The notes beneath the pieces are model-generated. The model was not told where the DNA came from, ran no database searches, and was given only the letters and a program-made list of their open reading frames with translations. The position numbers and the translations under genes were made by a program. A stretch of 64,000 bases of DNA. Source: Octopus sinensis (taxonomy: Eukaryota). Shown here piece after piece: positions 25,787 to 39,941 of the stretch. The stretch spans positions 45,942,001 through 46,006,000 of the forward strand of contig NC_043003.1 in NCBI RefSeq assembly GCF_006345805.1, given 5' to 3'. Position 1 is the first letter of the stretch. The number at the start of each line of letters is the position of its first letter.

Positions 25787-27439
25787 GTATATATTTATAT
25801 ATATATATATATATGAATATATATGCATTGTATATACATATATGTATGTATATATATGTATATATTTATATATAATATATGATGTGCATATATATATATA
25901 TATATACACACACATCATATATAAAATATATATATAATGAGAAAGAACTATTGGAAAAAGACGGATAAAGGAAACGGTACACAAAGAATAAATATGAGAG
26001 TGAGAAACAACGTGTGTTTGCGCGTGTGGAGGACAGTGAGAGAGAGAGAGAAAGAGAGAGAGAGAGACGCGCGGATTAGAGAGATTCGGATTGAAAGAGA
26101 AAGTGTGAGAGACTGACACATACGTTGAGTCAGAGAGCGTCAGTGATAATGCAAGTAAGAGCCAGGGAAAGATAATTTAGTTCAAGAGAACATTCGTTAA
26201 ATGAATTCCAGGAAGAAAAGACATCATGAATAAATCAAATGAACGATTGAAAATAAGAAAAAAGACAAGAAAGAAAAGAGAAAAGGCGGAGAGAATAAAT
26301 AGTTTGTGTAGAAAAGATTTGTAATTAGTTTTAATTAGAGGATCACTGTCTCAGTGGACCAATTGTTCTCTATTTACCTCTTTTTTTATTCTCATATATA
26401 TCACTGCCAATCTATTATCATACATTCATATATTCTGTCATTCCGCCACGATACATATTTAAACACGGGTACACTTATATACAGACATAAACATATATGC
26501 TTATGCACACATATATATGCATACATACATACATTCATGCATGCATGTGTACATACATACATTACATACATGCATGTCTACATACATACGTACATAGATA
26601 CATACATTACATGCATAGATACATACATACGTGCAAGCATGAGATGGTGCATGGATTCTGTAAATCACGAACTTCGAAACAAGAACGTGTAGTCGAAGAT
26701 GAAGAAACTCCTTGAAATTCTATACCCGAGCCTCTGTTACAACCTTTATTGATAGTAACAGAAAGCGTAATAATTCCTATGAGGTGGGATGCTTTATTCT
26801 ACGAAAAATACTACTGGAACACTCGAGGATAAATACAGATTCAGAATGTAAAAATATCCCGCCTCCATAATTTTTAAAGTTCAATACGATTGTAAACTGA
26901 AGGAAGCCGACAATATGGAAAACATCCTGTGCAATTACAAGAAGCACATTTAAACAACCGCACATCAGCCGGATACTTGCAGGCGAAACGAGTTCAATGA
27001 ACGAAATGCATTCTAAACAATACCCTCTAAACCCAAAACGTTAAAAATAAACCGCTCTATAATTTCTAAAGCATAAACGTAAAAGCAAAAGAATCTGTCT
27101 CTCAGCTAAAAAAACAAAATAATAATAATAACGAATACACCGAGTATCCATTTATGTGCAAAGCATACTTAAGGACCAGATATCAATACTCTCTTCATTC
27201 ACTTCTATCATGCGGTTACTTAAAATCTTGGGAATTATATTGGGCTTAGTCAACAATGATATTGCAGATGCAGGTGAGCAGCCGTGACAGAAGGGGCTTC
27301 AAAAGTATTCACTACAAAGCACGCTGAAGATTCAATCAGTTCTAGTTACTGAAATTCTCATTTATACCCCGATACAAATATAAAATTGAACCCTTTGAAA
27401 TTGCTCTCATATCTATTTTATTCTTTCCTTCTATTTTTT

Positions 27440-27965
27440 TTTTTTCAGACATTGAACTGTGGCCTTGCTGGGAAACCGCCTTGAAGGGTTTCAGTCGCAC
27501 GAATCGACCCCGTTACTCATAATTTTTTAAAGCCTGATACTTATTCTATTGCCCTCTTGTGCCGAACCGCTAAGTTACGAGCGTGTAAGAAAATAAACAA
27601 ACCAACGACGGTTGGAAAGCGATGATGGAGACCAACATGAGCACAAAGGCACACACACACACACGTACATACACACACACACGCGTATACATATGCACAC
27701 ATACATGTACATATATATGTGTGTGTATACACATACACATCCATGTATATATATGTGCGTATATATATATATATATATAAACACACACACATACATATAT
27801 ACATATATATGTGACACACTTCTTTCAGTTTCCGTCTAATAAATCCATTCACAAATCTTTGGTGGGGCCAGATCTATGGCGGAGCTATTGCCCAAGGTGT
27901 CACGTAGTGGGACTGAACCAAAAACCATGTGGTTAGGAAGCAAACTTCTTACCACATATCCACGG
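27440..27965 (-). mobile_element. SINE family B, degenerate
   Basis: gccgaaccgctaagttacg…aaatccattcac…gtagtgggactgaacc…accatgtggtt. Confidence 0.75.
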
Positions 27966-28494
27966 TTGCTAGTTTGTAGTGTGTAAACTTAAGGGCATCA
28001 ATTTTACAATGTGAGTACCCGTGATAAACTAGAAACATCAAGCAATCAAGTATCACATTGTTAACAAGACTAGCATTCTCTAAGTGCTTGTGCAGGCGGT
28101 ACTGTCTTCTACGGAGCTGAGAAGCTGGTCTATAAAGAAGAATCTTTACGATTGCCTTCTCGTTTCATACAACAGATTCCTCACGAATCCATAAAATATC
28201 CTATTACATGAGCACAGGTCCAGAGAGGATATATTCTTTCTAACTCTATAATTACAAAATTAGGCCATGCTAATTATTGCTATCGTGCTGAAAATTAGGC
28301 CCAGAATGTTATAGTTTGAAAAAAAAAATCCGCATCTTAGTAGATGAATTTCACTTTTGATGATGAATAGAGAGATAAGTCGTTTCTCAATTAAAGGGTT
28401 ATACATATTTTTTTTATTTTGGTCGCAGCATAGGCAAATACATCATACCGGCTGCATTGCGAAGAAAAGTAAATAAACATACAACACATTACTG

Positions 28495-28635
<141 letters not shown>

Positions 28636-28647
28636 ATGTTTGTATAT

Positions 28648-29300
28648 ACAGGGTTGCCGAAAAATAGGTTTACAGTTGTCACGTAAGCACTTTAAATTTC
28701 TTTTAAAAGATTTTATTATATTTAAATTCCTACCTTACATTCATGTTGCTTATACACATCTTATACAGACAATGTTTAATCTCTCAGATGCTAACAATGC
28801 AACATTGGTGGATCTATTTGAAACTCCTTCCTAAACTGTCTTTGCACTTCAACTGCGTTTTCACACTTCCAGTAGCATCTAAGAATGAATTTCCTTTGTT
28901 CAAAGCTTAGTCTGACTGCCATCATTAATACCAATGGGTTTCATCCGGAAGGAGAAAACATCAATTGAGTTACCTGCTGCTAGAGTGTGTATACCCTCTA
29001 CGGACAGATACATGATAGGTCGAAATAGAAAATGGAGTTCGCAAGAATCTTTATTCTATACAGCTATCGTTTCAATCTATCCTGCATCTGTCCCAGCCGC
29101 GAGGAGCAGATGCAGGATGGGTCGAAACGATCGTTGTGTTGAATAAAGCTTCTTCCGAAATCCATTTTTCCGTTTCCCTCATTCACTATAAGCTCAACGA
29201 ACAGTGCAGAATTCCTGTAGTAAATCCAGTGACACTTATATCAAAACTGTGGTTGACATCACGTAAACTAAACAGTGAAAGTGCATCAATCGGCATTACA
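28648..29300 (-). mobile_element. Internally deleted Tc1/mariner element (DUF4817-type HTH N-terminus)
   Basis: TA-flanked end cagggttgccgaaaaataggtttacagttgt; minus-strand 28925-28805 reads MMAVRLSFEQRKFILRCYWKCENAVEVQRQFRKEFQIDPP; other end not located. Confidence 0.6.
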
Positions 29301-29364
29301 TGTACTACGTCCTTGCGTTTTCTTTTTTTTGTCTTCGTCTTTTGAGATTTATTATATACATCCA

Positions 29365-29432
<68 letters not shown>

Positions 29433-29462
29433 TATATTATATATATATTAATATATATATAT

Positions 29463-32400
29463 AAAACTTACTTAGATAAAACTTAGATATGTTTCGACCA
29501 GAGATTGGTCCAGGCCATGTCTTACTTAATAGCACCACCTGATAGGATTATTCGAATCCTGTTTAAGTCAAGTTTTGTTCAAGTAGTGAGTTCTTGTTGG
29601 GTGAGTTGTATCCAGTTTTGTTCAAGTAGTGAGTTCTTGTTGGGTGAGTTGTATCCAATTATGGGTGGCTTATCTGGTATTCTTTGAAGGATCTATCCAG
29701 ACTCTGTTTGAAGTTGATGGGATCCTTTTCCTCTTTGATCTCCCTCGGGACAATGTTAAATAGGGCAGGGCCTGTTGAGGAAAAGAAATTATGTTGCAGT
29801 GTACATGTATGTTGTGATCTTGAATTTGGCAGGGGACGTATAGCCCGTGGTCCAAGTCTCGGATGAACCTTGAAGCTAATGTTTAGGTCGTTTGGGCAAA
29901 GTTGGCGGTATATTTTCCACATCGTACAAATGATATACCGCTCACGGCGACGCTGGAGGGAGTAAAGTTTCAAGGCTTTAAGGCGATCCCAATAATCGAG
30001 AGCAGCCATGCCTTCAATTGTTTAGTGAGAGCCTCTGGGGTGACTCAATTCTGGAGATGTTTTGTCTTGTGTGAGGAGACCACAGTGGGCAGCAGTATTT
30101 AAGGTGAGGCCGTACAAAGGATGAAAAAAGTGGTATGATGACACCTTGTTCTCTGGACCGGAAAGTTCTTAAGATCCAGGAACTCATCCTACGAGCTGTA
30201 TCGACCTTCTTGTTGATGTGTGCACTCCAACTGAGATCGTCATCAACAATTACACTCAGGTCTCTGATATTGTTAGAGGCTGTGAGCGGTTCCCCTGAAG
30301 GAAGAGAGTATGGTTGTTTTAGTGAGGAATTTCTTCCAAAATGCATCAGCTCAAATTTTCCCTCATTCAGTTGCATTTGTTTCTGTCTGCCCATTGACTC
30401 ACAGCATATAGGTCAGACTGGAGTTGAGTTCGGTCTGCTTCTTCATTGACGATTTGCTGGAGCTTAGTGTCATCAGCGAATATTTTCACTTTGCAGTGAT
30501 GTACGACACTGGAAAGGTCGTTTACATAAATTATGAAGAGTAGCGGACCCAAAACAGTTCCCTGGGGAACACCGCTGGTGACTTTTGCTGGGTTTGAGTG
30601 GACTCCATCAACTACAACATGTTGTGTTCTATTCGCTAGGAAATACTGAATCCAGTGTAGAACTTTTCCACGGATTCCAACATTTGCCAATTTTGAGAGT
30701 AGGATGTTATGGTCTACCCTGTCGAACGCTTTACTGAAGTCAAGGTATATGACGTCAGAGTTCGAACCTGTTCCCAAGGCTTTGAGTACATCTTCAATGT
30801 GGTGTAAGAGCTGTGTTAGACAGTCCCTGCCATAGCGAAAGCCATGCTGATTTGAATTTAGGAGTTTGTGGGTCTCCAGGAAGTCAGCTATCCTTGATCT
30901 TAACACTCTTTCAAACACTTTAATGATGTGGGAAGTGAGTGAGATTGGGCGATAGTTGACTGCGAGGGATCTGTTTCCCTGTTTGAAAACTGGGATGACC
31001 GACTGGGATAGAAACTTTTTCGGTATATAACCTGCGTCTAACGAGTTTCTCCAGAGGTTGGTCAGAGGGACTGCAAGTTGATATCTACATTCCTTCAGGA
31101 GACTGGCGGGAAATCTATCAGGGCCTACAGCAGAGTAATGTTTGACCTCATTTATTGCTGCTACGATGTCGGTGGCAGTGAAGGTTATGTCTGCGATTTT
31201 GTGTTGGGAGTCAGCTTCGTTCGTTTCCCTCACATCAATATCAGTGGGAACACTGAAGACAGAGCAATATTGTTTCTGCAGTATTTCTGCCATTTCTTTA
31301 GCATCGTGTTGGGGAATGCCGTTTTCATCAATCAATGGCCCAATAGGTGAGACAGTGGTTCTATGCTTATTTGCATAAGAATAGAACACTTTTCGGTTCT
31401 GTTTGATGTTTTTGATTACCCATTGTTCCTCCACAGCTCTTTGATTTTCAATGGAGGTTTTCATGTTAGTCTGCAGATGAAGTTTTTCCAGCTCTAGTCT
31501 TTTCATTGTTGTTGAATGTGGATGTTGCGTGTGGGAATATTTTAATTGGTTGATTTTTTTGTTGAGTCTTTTGATGCGCCTGATGAGTGTTTTTTTCTTT
31601 TTAGGGAGCCGGTTTCTGTTTGTGTTAGTAGATTTCTTGGGAGCGTGTTTCGAGCATGTGTCGGTGACAATGGTTTCAAAGTGCTGCCACGCGGTCTCAA
31701 TATGAGGGGAATTGAGAGTAAAAGACCAGTCGATGGAAGACAGATCCTTTCTGATTGTTCCCCAGTCCGCTTTGGGGAATTTATGTTGTCAAATGGGTGC
31801 CATGGAGTGGGATGGCTGGTTTGGTTTTTATACGTCGGGAATTAAGATTGCAGAGTACCATGTCGTGGTCTGAGAGGAGAGTTTTTTCGACTGAAATGCT
31901 GCGAACGTAGCTAGAGTGATTGGTCAGTACCAGATCCAAGATCGTTTTATTCTGTCTCGTTGGTTCAAGCACTAGCTGAGTCAGGAAATACTCATCCATC
32001 AGATTAAAGAGCAGTTCTGCTGCTGCCCTATCTGATGTAGAGCACTTGCCTAACTTCGGAGTATTTGTGGGCCAGTTCACATGAGGGAGGTTAAAATCAC
32101 CCATCACTATTACGTTTCCGGAGTGGTACTTCCGAAGGAAGGACTTGACTTTGCTAAGGCACTCTTCAAAGTACTTTAGAGGTGCATGGGGAGGCCTGTA
32201 AAGACCAACAATGGTTATGTCCTTGGCTTTGTTGTATACTGATACCGATTCACAGTAGCCATTGGAAAATGTGTCCTTGGCATCAAGTGAAAAGGAGTCA
32301 TGGATAAAGATGGCTGTCCCTCCCTTATTTCGGTCTGTGCGATCCGCACGAACAATGGTGAAATCTTTTATTTTCACCTCTGCGTCCATATGGGTGTTGT

Positions 32401-32630
32401 TCAGGTGAGTCTCGGTAAGGATAAAGAAAGGGAAGCAATGTGCCATTTCTGCAAGCCAACTCTCTATATATGGGATCTTCCATTTTTGGGCAATAATTGA
32501 TGGGTTGATGCCACGTACATTTAACAGGAATGTCGAGGTAAGGGAAGTTGGTAATGGGTGAGTGGTCCTTGTGATTTGCATAGATGGTTGGTGATGGCTC
32601 GCTGGATCTCCTGGCTTAGGTCGGCCTTCA
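29463..32630 (-). pseudogene. CR1-type LINE ORF2 (APE endonuclease + RT), nearly complete, few frameshifts
   Basis: EN: LNVRG, LTETHL, GLYRPP, MGDFNLP, LDLVLTN, LSDHD; RT: YRPISLTS, QHGFR, YLDFSKAFD, GVPQGTVLGPLLF, FADDTK; C-terminus YCCPLWSP; short tandem tail next to (TA)n. Confidence 0.92.
29571..29656. repeat. 43-bp exact tandem duplication in the LINE 3' end
   Basis: agttttgttcaagtagtgagttcttgttgggtgagttgtatcc x2. Confidence 0.9.
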
Positions 32631-32632
32631 TA

Positions 32633-33685
32633 TATAACTTAGAATAACTTAGAATAACTTAGAAAGGTTTTGGCCAGTATTGGCCCAGGCCATGTCTAAC
32701 TTAATAGCACCACCTGGCGAAGTCTTTCAATTCAGGATTTGGGCACCGAGGCCCATTCGTGCAGAGAGTTATTGTTTGCGGAGACATATCCGGGTGTGGG
32801 TGGTTTGTCCGGGACTGTTTGAAGGAATTTGTCCAAAGACTTTTTGAATTTTGTGTGGTCAGTTTCTGTTTTGACGTGTCCTGGTGTAATGTTGAAGAGA
32901 GCGGGTCCAATTGAGGTGAAATAATTGTGCCGTATTGTCGTTATGTGATGCGATTTAGATTTTTGTTGTGGACGGATGGCACGTGGTCCAAGCCTTGGAT
33001 GTATTTTGAAAGTGATGCCAACATCATTCGGACAGTGCTGATGGAATATTTTCCACATCATACAGATAATGTAGCGTTCACGGCGTCGTTGGAGTGAATA
33101 CAGTTTCAGCTTCTCTAGTCTACCCCAGTAGTCAAGGTCTGACATGCCATCTATCTTTTTTGTGATTGACCTTTGGGGAGCTTCAATTCTCATAATATTT
33201 TGTTTTGTGTAGGGAGACCACAGTGGACAGCAGTATTCAAGGTGGGGTCGGGCAAAAGTGGAGAAGAGAAGGATAATAGTGTGGGAATCTCTCGACTGGA
33301 AGGTTCTGAGAATCCAGGAACACATTCTGCGGGCCATGTCAACTTTGCTGCTTATATGTGTAGCCCAGCTTATGTTGTTGTCCACTGTTACTCCCAAGTC
33401 TCTGATGTTGTTGGACGCCATGAAAATTTCTCCAGAAGGAAGGGAGTATGGGATTTTCAGAGCGTCCTCCCTTCCAAAGTGGATCAGTTCGAATTTGTCT
33501 TCGTTTAGCAACATGTTCTTTTCCGCCCATTGGACAACAGCCAGTAGGTCTGACTGAAGGCTTATTCGGTCATCCAAGCCATTGATGACCTTCTGGAGCT
33601 TGGAATCATCAGCGAATGTTCTGATGTTACTGTGTTTGGTGGTGTCAGTAATATCATTTATGTAGATGATGAAGAGAAGTGGTGC
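32633..33685 (-). mobile_element. Second CR1-type LINE subfamily, 5'-truncated RT C-half with open frame
   Basis: ORF 32732-33715: PLLFIIYIND, FADDSK, LEYCCPLWSP, LQRRRER; tail (aacttagaat)n. Confidence 0.9.
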
Positions 33686-35450
33686 TGAAAAAAGAGCAAT
33701 ATATATATATATCATTAATAAAGCTGCAAAATGATCACGTTCTGATTCGTCGGACAGCTGTGATGAATACTCTGTATTCGAGAACTATTTTTTTTGCCTT
33801 GTTTTGCATCTGTGTTACTTGTGCGTGTATGTGTATATATACATATTATGATGTACTTCAGTGGTAAATATCCCACACAAGTATCTTCTATTGCAAGCCG
33901 ACGAGAAGGACGGTGTCTCAAATCACTTTTGAACGTTACCTATGACAGAGATAGAGTTATCCTTCGCACAAATATATCGACAAAGCAAAATTAAGTACGA
34001 AATGTATGGAGGTTGATATTCATGAATAGATTAAGAATCTTAACCAAATTAACGTCAGGATATCCAAATCGATTATTATATTACGTTCTTCAAGATGGAC
34101 ATCTTAAACTTTTTATTGTTTTATATTTTCCGATATTTACTTTATATTTGCATTATATGCATATAAAAACTGTATCTAAGCACATTAAGATTCGAGTGAA
34201 TCCAACGTTAGAGTACACTAAAGTATTTTACATAAAATTTCACTCGTGTAGGTTTTGAAATTAATCGCTTTTTTTGTGTGTTGCAGACGTTGATTTTATT
34301 CTTCGATTTATCAATAATTCGATTATATCATTCTATTCTTCAGAATTTCCTCACACCACCACTAATGCACAAACACAAGACAAACTCCTTACACCGTCTA
34401 GGCCCTCAAACTTCTTCCTCAATATCATTATATATGTGTGTGTGTGTAAATATATATACATATATATACATATGTATATAACAGTATGCATCATTTCATG
34501 TATGTATGTGTATGTGTGTATGCATGTATTTGTGTATGCATGTATGTGTGTGTATTTACGTGTGTGTGTATGTACGTGTGTGTGTATGTACGTATGTGTG
34601 TATGTACGTATGTGTGTATGTGCGTATGTACGCATTTATGTGTGGATACAGCATTCACAAAGCCACAGCCAGGGATATACATTTCAACACAGCCAGTCAG
34701 AAACACATATGCATGTGACTGTGCATATATACGTACATATATAGAAGTATATGTATATATACATATACAGATATGAATAGATGATCCTAAGTATATATTA
34801 ATGTGTATATGTCAACGTGTGTATATACGTACACATAAGCACACGTTCATATACGCATACACATACATATATTCCCAAACACAGACACATATATGTATCC
34901 ATCTACCTATATGTGTATGTGTATATATAACCGATTCCAGCATGGACAACGGACGCTAAACGATGATGAGGATGGTGCTGATGATGAGTATGATGATGAG
35001 GATGATGTATCATTAATATTGACTCTCTTTTAGTTTATATATCTCACAGTAATTTATTACTTTTTTCCACAATCCCAATAGATTAAACTCAACATTTAAT
35101 GGGAAAAATCATTTTGAATGTTGAATTCTCGAGTGTCCTTAAACTATAATTAAATTTTTGGAGCTGCATTATTTTGGATTGCCCACACACACACACATTC
35201 ACACACACTCACAAACAGACACACAAATACACACACACACAAGCGCATACACGCACGGACTCAAACTTGCACATATACGCTTGCATAAATGTACATACCA
35301 CACACATGTATGTATGCTGTATGTATATTAAAATTGCGTATGTTTAATAGAATTATTTTCTTTCTATATATGTATATACACACATATACATCTGGATATA
35401 AATACGCCTCTATGTATATTTATATAATTAACATTTACGTATTAATTATA

Positions 35451-35504
<54 letters not shown>

Positions 35505-35510
35505 ATAATA

Positions 35511-35546
<36 letters not shown>

Positions 35547-36803
35547 TGTATGTATGTATGTACGTATGTATATATAATGTATGTATGTATGTACGTATGT
35601 ATATATAATGTATGTATGTATGTATGTATACTATATATGTCTGTATCTATAACAGGTTTCCCACAAGTAAATTTGTGGAACACAAAAGGAGAAAATAATT
35701 TCAGGACTTTATCATAAATAACAGAAATCTCTACATACATTTTTATCAAATTACCTTACCAACTTCAATTGTTTTAGTCTATTTAATCATACGATATGAA
35801 AAGTGTAAATAAATTAAATTATATTGATGTTTCATGAAAACACCTTTTGAAGTCCATATACTTCTTTTACAAAATCTATATAGTAGTGGTTATTGGTATT
35901 AATTTTGGTATTGCTGCTAACAGTTTTGCCTTCATATTATTGATAGCCTTAGTTGTAGCCAATAGTCTACGTCGTAGTAGTAGTTGTATTTCTCCAAAGC
36001 GTCGAAACATACGTAGCAGCGGCAGTAGCAACAGGCTGTATTAGTATTGCAAAAAATGGTAGAAGACGTAGATGCAGTTGTAAAGATTTGTTCTACTCTT
36101 CTAGTAGGACTAGTGGGTTGAGTAACTAAGGACCAGCAACTGTTGTAGCAGAAGCAATAGTTACCGTAGTGGTAGCTGCAGCAGCAGCAGTAGTAGCAGT
36201 AGTAGTAGTAGTAGCAGCAGCAGCAGCAGCTTCAGTAACTTTCACTTTCGGCTTTAGTTTGTATAGAAAATCTACATAGAGAATTGTAAAAAAAATTGAT
36301 TGAATAGCACTACTAACACACGTAGGACACAGTGTTGACAAATAAGCCTTTCATATACTTGGTAGTATATTATGGTTGCAAGACGAAATACGGTGTTTCT
36401 ACAAGTAATATATGTAGCTACAAGTTGTCAGGAATGTTTTTTCTTTATACGTAAAATTGGTATATTCAATTATTACAACGCTAAATTTGGTGGTTATTTA
36501 AGCAAAGTGTTCGTGGATGGTTAAAAGGTTGGATGTGGTACTGAAAACAGAGCAATAACTCGTGAAATATGAATATACACTGATTACCTATGTTTCTTCA
36601 ATCGCAATGTATGCATGGACTTATTCTTATACGAAACGTAATTTTTAGTGCTGACTTTAGTATCTCTAGAAAATATGTAGAGATAATTTAATAAGTGGTG
36701 TGTGTGTGTGAATAGTGTATATAAGCACACACACACACATACGCCATGATAGATCGTTAGCTCCAACACGCATTTTTTCTCTCCTTGTTTTTTTTTCTGT
36801 GTA

Positions 36804-36841
36804 TCTTTCTGTCGAAGAGCGTAGGCTCGAAACGTAAAAGA
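36804..36841 (+). ncRNA. Minimal hammerhead (family 3), core variant CUGUCGA
   Basis: UCUUU-CUGUCGA-A-GAGC-GUAG-GCUC-GAAA-CGU-A|AAAGA; followed by the ttcctgagcg also seen after the 6112 copy. Confidence 0.6.
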
Positions 36842-37249
36842 CTTTTTCTATTCCTGAGCGCTATACTAATACATTTGTCTGTTTGTACTCCACCTGTCTT
36901 CGTCTTTTGTTTATTTTCGTAAACTTTCCCCTTATATCTATATATATACACGAGCAAAACGCCCCCATCCAATGGACGGTGCTGAGCTATCAAACATTTA
37001 AACCAGATTTTCTCAAAACAACTTGTTCGACCGTCCCATAGGACGCCCCTTTGAGAAACACTGATTTAACCTAAATTTCAGACACCAGCAAAAGAAGAAA
37101 TACAAGTAGACTTTTTTCTATTCCAAAGGAAAACAATTTTATTCACATAAATATGCATCCGAAGAGTTTAAAGTACCAGTAAGTGCATCACAACAGCTGA
37201 TGTATTCGCGCGTACAAATGCACGTTCACACGGCTTTGTCGATCGCATT

Positions 37250-37401
37250 CTCACCTGGAATCGATTTTTGTTATTTTTTTCAAGACTTAAACACGCCCTG
37301 ATACCGTCGGTATCTACATATCAAATTTGAGCGCAATCGGATGCAGGATGCCCGAGATCCTAGAATACACACACACAGACAGAACAGATTTTATATAATA
37401 G

Positions 37402-37403
<2 letters not shown>
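37250..37403 (-). mobile_element. Non-autonomous Helitron-like 5' end
   Basis: Minus strand atctattatataaaa…ctgtctgtgtgtgtgt…ccgattgcgctcaaatttg, similar in layout to 56965-57345. Confidence 0.45.
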
Positions 37404-37432
<29 letters not shown>

Positions 37433-37795
37433 TTTATGCTGAGGCATGATGTGTAACTGTGCACATGTTTGTGTAGTGTTGGCTTATCCCAAGCAACATG
37501 GTTTGAGTATAGTAAGATAAGTCGATAACGCGGTTAGTAGGAGAGGCTTGAAACGGTAAGGGAGGAAGATGAAACAAAATAAAAAAAATAGAATAAACCA
37601 AGATAAAATAGAGTAAAAGGTAATGGAGTAAAAGGTATAAGTAGGTTTAATTTTCTTTTATAGGTTTATGGATATAAAAGTTTTAAAAATTCCTAGATAC
37701 AAAACTTTAAGTTTATGGATATAGAAGTAGATATATAAAAAGTTTATGGATATAGAAAAAGATGTACAAGTAGTTAGGTAGATAAATAGATTCAC

Positions 37796-37840
<45 letters not shown>

Positions 37841-37841
37841 T

Positions 37842-37898
<57 letters not shown>

Positions 37899-38019
37899 CG
37901 GACAGGCAGGCAGGCAGGCAGGTAGGTAGGTAGGTAGGAGGTAGGTAGGTAGGTAGTAGGTAGGTAGGAGGTAGGTAAGTAGATATGGGAGGGAGGGAGG
38001 TAGATAGATAGATAGATAT

Positions 38020-38480
38020 ATATGTTTCTTTATTAGCCACACAGGGCTGCACACAGACGGGACAAATTACAAAGTAGAACTTTTCTTTGGGGGAGAAAAA
38101 AAAGGGTGGGTAGGTTTTCGATCAAAAGGGATTGTAAAAAGGAAAGAAAAAAGAAAGAAAGAGGAAGGAAAGGAAAAAAGGGGGGAGGAAAATCGATCAT
38201 TAGGGATCGTGTATCACAGAAAGATAGATAGATAGATAGATAGATATGTAGGTAGGCTCGTAGGTAGATAAGTAGGCTGGTAGATAAATACATAGATAGA
38301 AAGAATGAGTGAGAGAGAGAGAGAGAGAGAGAGCGAGAGACAAAATTTACCCTACATATGGCCGGGGCCCTGGAGTGAGACCTAAAAAGAAAGGTATGGA
38401 TTAGGAATGTCTGATGAAGAACATTTGATCTGAAAACTCTCAAGACATCTGCAATAACCCGCTGAGAAATGCCTGTTTCG
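38020..38480 (-). mobile_element. Probable L1/Tx1-like LINE 3' end
   Basis: Minus strand has a T-rich 3' UTR ending …gtgtgcagccctgtgtggctaataaagaaac; no diagnostic protein motif. Confidence 0.4.
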
Positions 38481-38493
38481 TGCTCTCTCTCTA

Positions 38494-38582
<89 letters not shown>

Positions 38583-38635
38583 GTCTGTCTGTCTGTCTGT
38601 CTGTCTGCTTATTTACGTGTATATCTATCTCTATA

Positions 38636-39048
38636 CTCTTACTCTTTTATTCTTTTACTTGTTTCAGTCATTTGACTGCGGCCATGCTGGAGCACCGCCT
38701 TTAGTCGAGCAAATCGACCCCGGGACTTATTCTTTGTAAGCCCAGTACTTATTCTATCGGTCTCTTTTGCCGAACCGCTAAGTGACGGGGACGTAAACAC
38801 ACCAGCATCGGTTGTCAAGCAATGCTAGGGGGACAAACACAGACACACAAACACACACATACATATATATACATATACATATATACGACAGGCTTCTTTC
38901 AGTTTCCGTCTACCAAATCCACTCACAAGGCATTGGTCGGCCCGGGGCTATAGTAGAAGACACTTGCCCAAGATGCCACGCCGTGGGACTGAACCCGGAA
39001 CCATGTGGTTGGTTAGCAAGCTACTTACCACACAGCCACTCCTGTGCC
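38636..39048 (-). mobile_element. SINE family B, full length, young
   Basis: Complete head-to-tail match to family consensus. Confidence 0.92.
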
Positions 39049-39215
39049 TATATCCATAATTTTTTTATTTCTACAAAGTTTTAAAACTTTTATATCCATA
39101 AACCTATTTAAGAAAATTAAATCTCCTCATTACTCTATTACCATTTATTGTATTCCATCTTATTTCATTTTATTTCTTTCAGATAGATAGATAGATAGAT
39201 ACATATGGCCAGATA

Positions 39216-39610
39216 GGCGCAGGAGTGGCTGTGTGGTAAGTAGCTTGCTAACCAACCACATGGTTCCGGGTTCAGTCCCACTGGGTGGCATCTTGGGCAA
39301 GTGTCTTCTGCTATAGCGCCGGGCCGACCAATGCCTTGTGAGTGGATTTGGTAGACGGAAACTGAAAGAAGCCCGTCGTATATATGTATATATATATATA
39401 TATGTGTGTGTGTATGTCTGTGTTTGTCCCCTTAGCATTGCTTGACAACCGATGCTGGTGTGTTTACTTCCCCGTCACTTAGCGGTTCGGCAAAAAGAGA
39501 CCGATAGAATAAGTACTGGGCTTACAAAGAATAAGTCCCGGGGTCGATTTGCTCGACTAAAGGCGGTGCTCCAGCATGGCCGCAGTCAAATGACTGAAAC
39601 AAGTAAAAGA
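39216..39610 (+). mobile_element. SINE family B, full length, young
   Basis: ggcgcaggagtggctgtgtggtaag (A-box-like)…gggttcagtccc (B-box-like)…gactgaaacaagtaaaaga. Confidence 0.92.
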
Positions 39611-39910
39611 AAAAAAAAAACATACATACATACATACATACATACATACATACATACGTGCATACATATGTATATATACATATATGCATACACATATGCA
39701 CACGCATAAATACATGTGTTCGTTTATACCTATATATCCATCTAGTGTGTGTGTATCTGTATATATATATATATATGTGAGTGTGTATAGCTATGTGTGC
39801 GTGTTTCCGCGCGCGCATATACACACAAATACTATAATAAGCATACACAGATCCTCTCAAAAACATATATTCATACATACATGGATGCATTTCTATGCTT
39901 GTACATACAT

Positions 39911-39941
<31 letters not shown>

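Noticed and set aside
38406-38450. CUGAUGA-AGA…UCU-GAAA possible hammerhead
   Set aside because: No proper stem III or NUH adjoining stem I
39216-39290. tRNA gene-like A/B boxes (also 44261-44345)
   Set aside because: SINE heads, continuous with SINE bodies; no full cloverleaf
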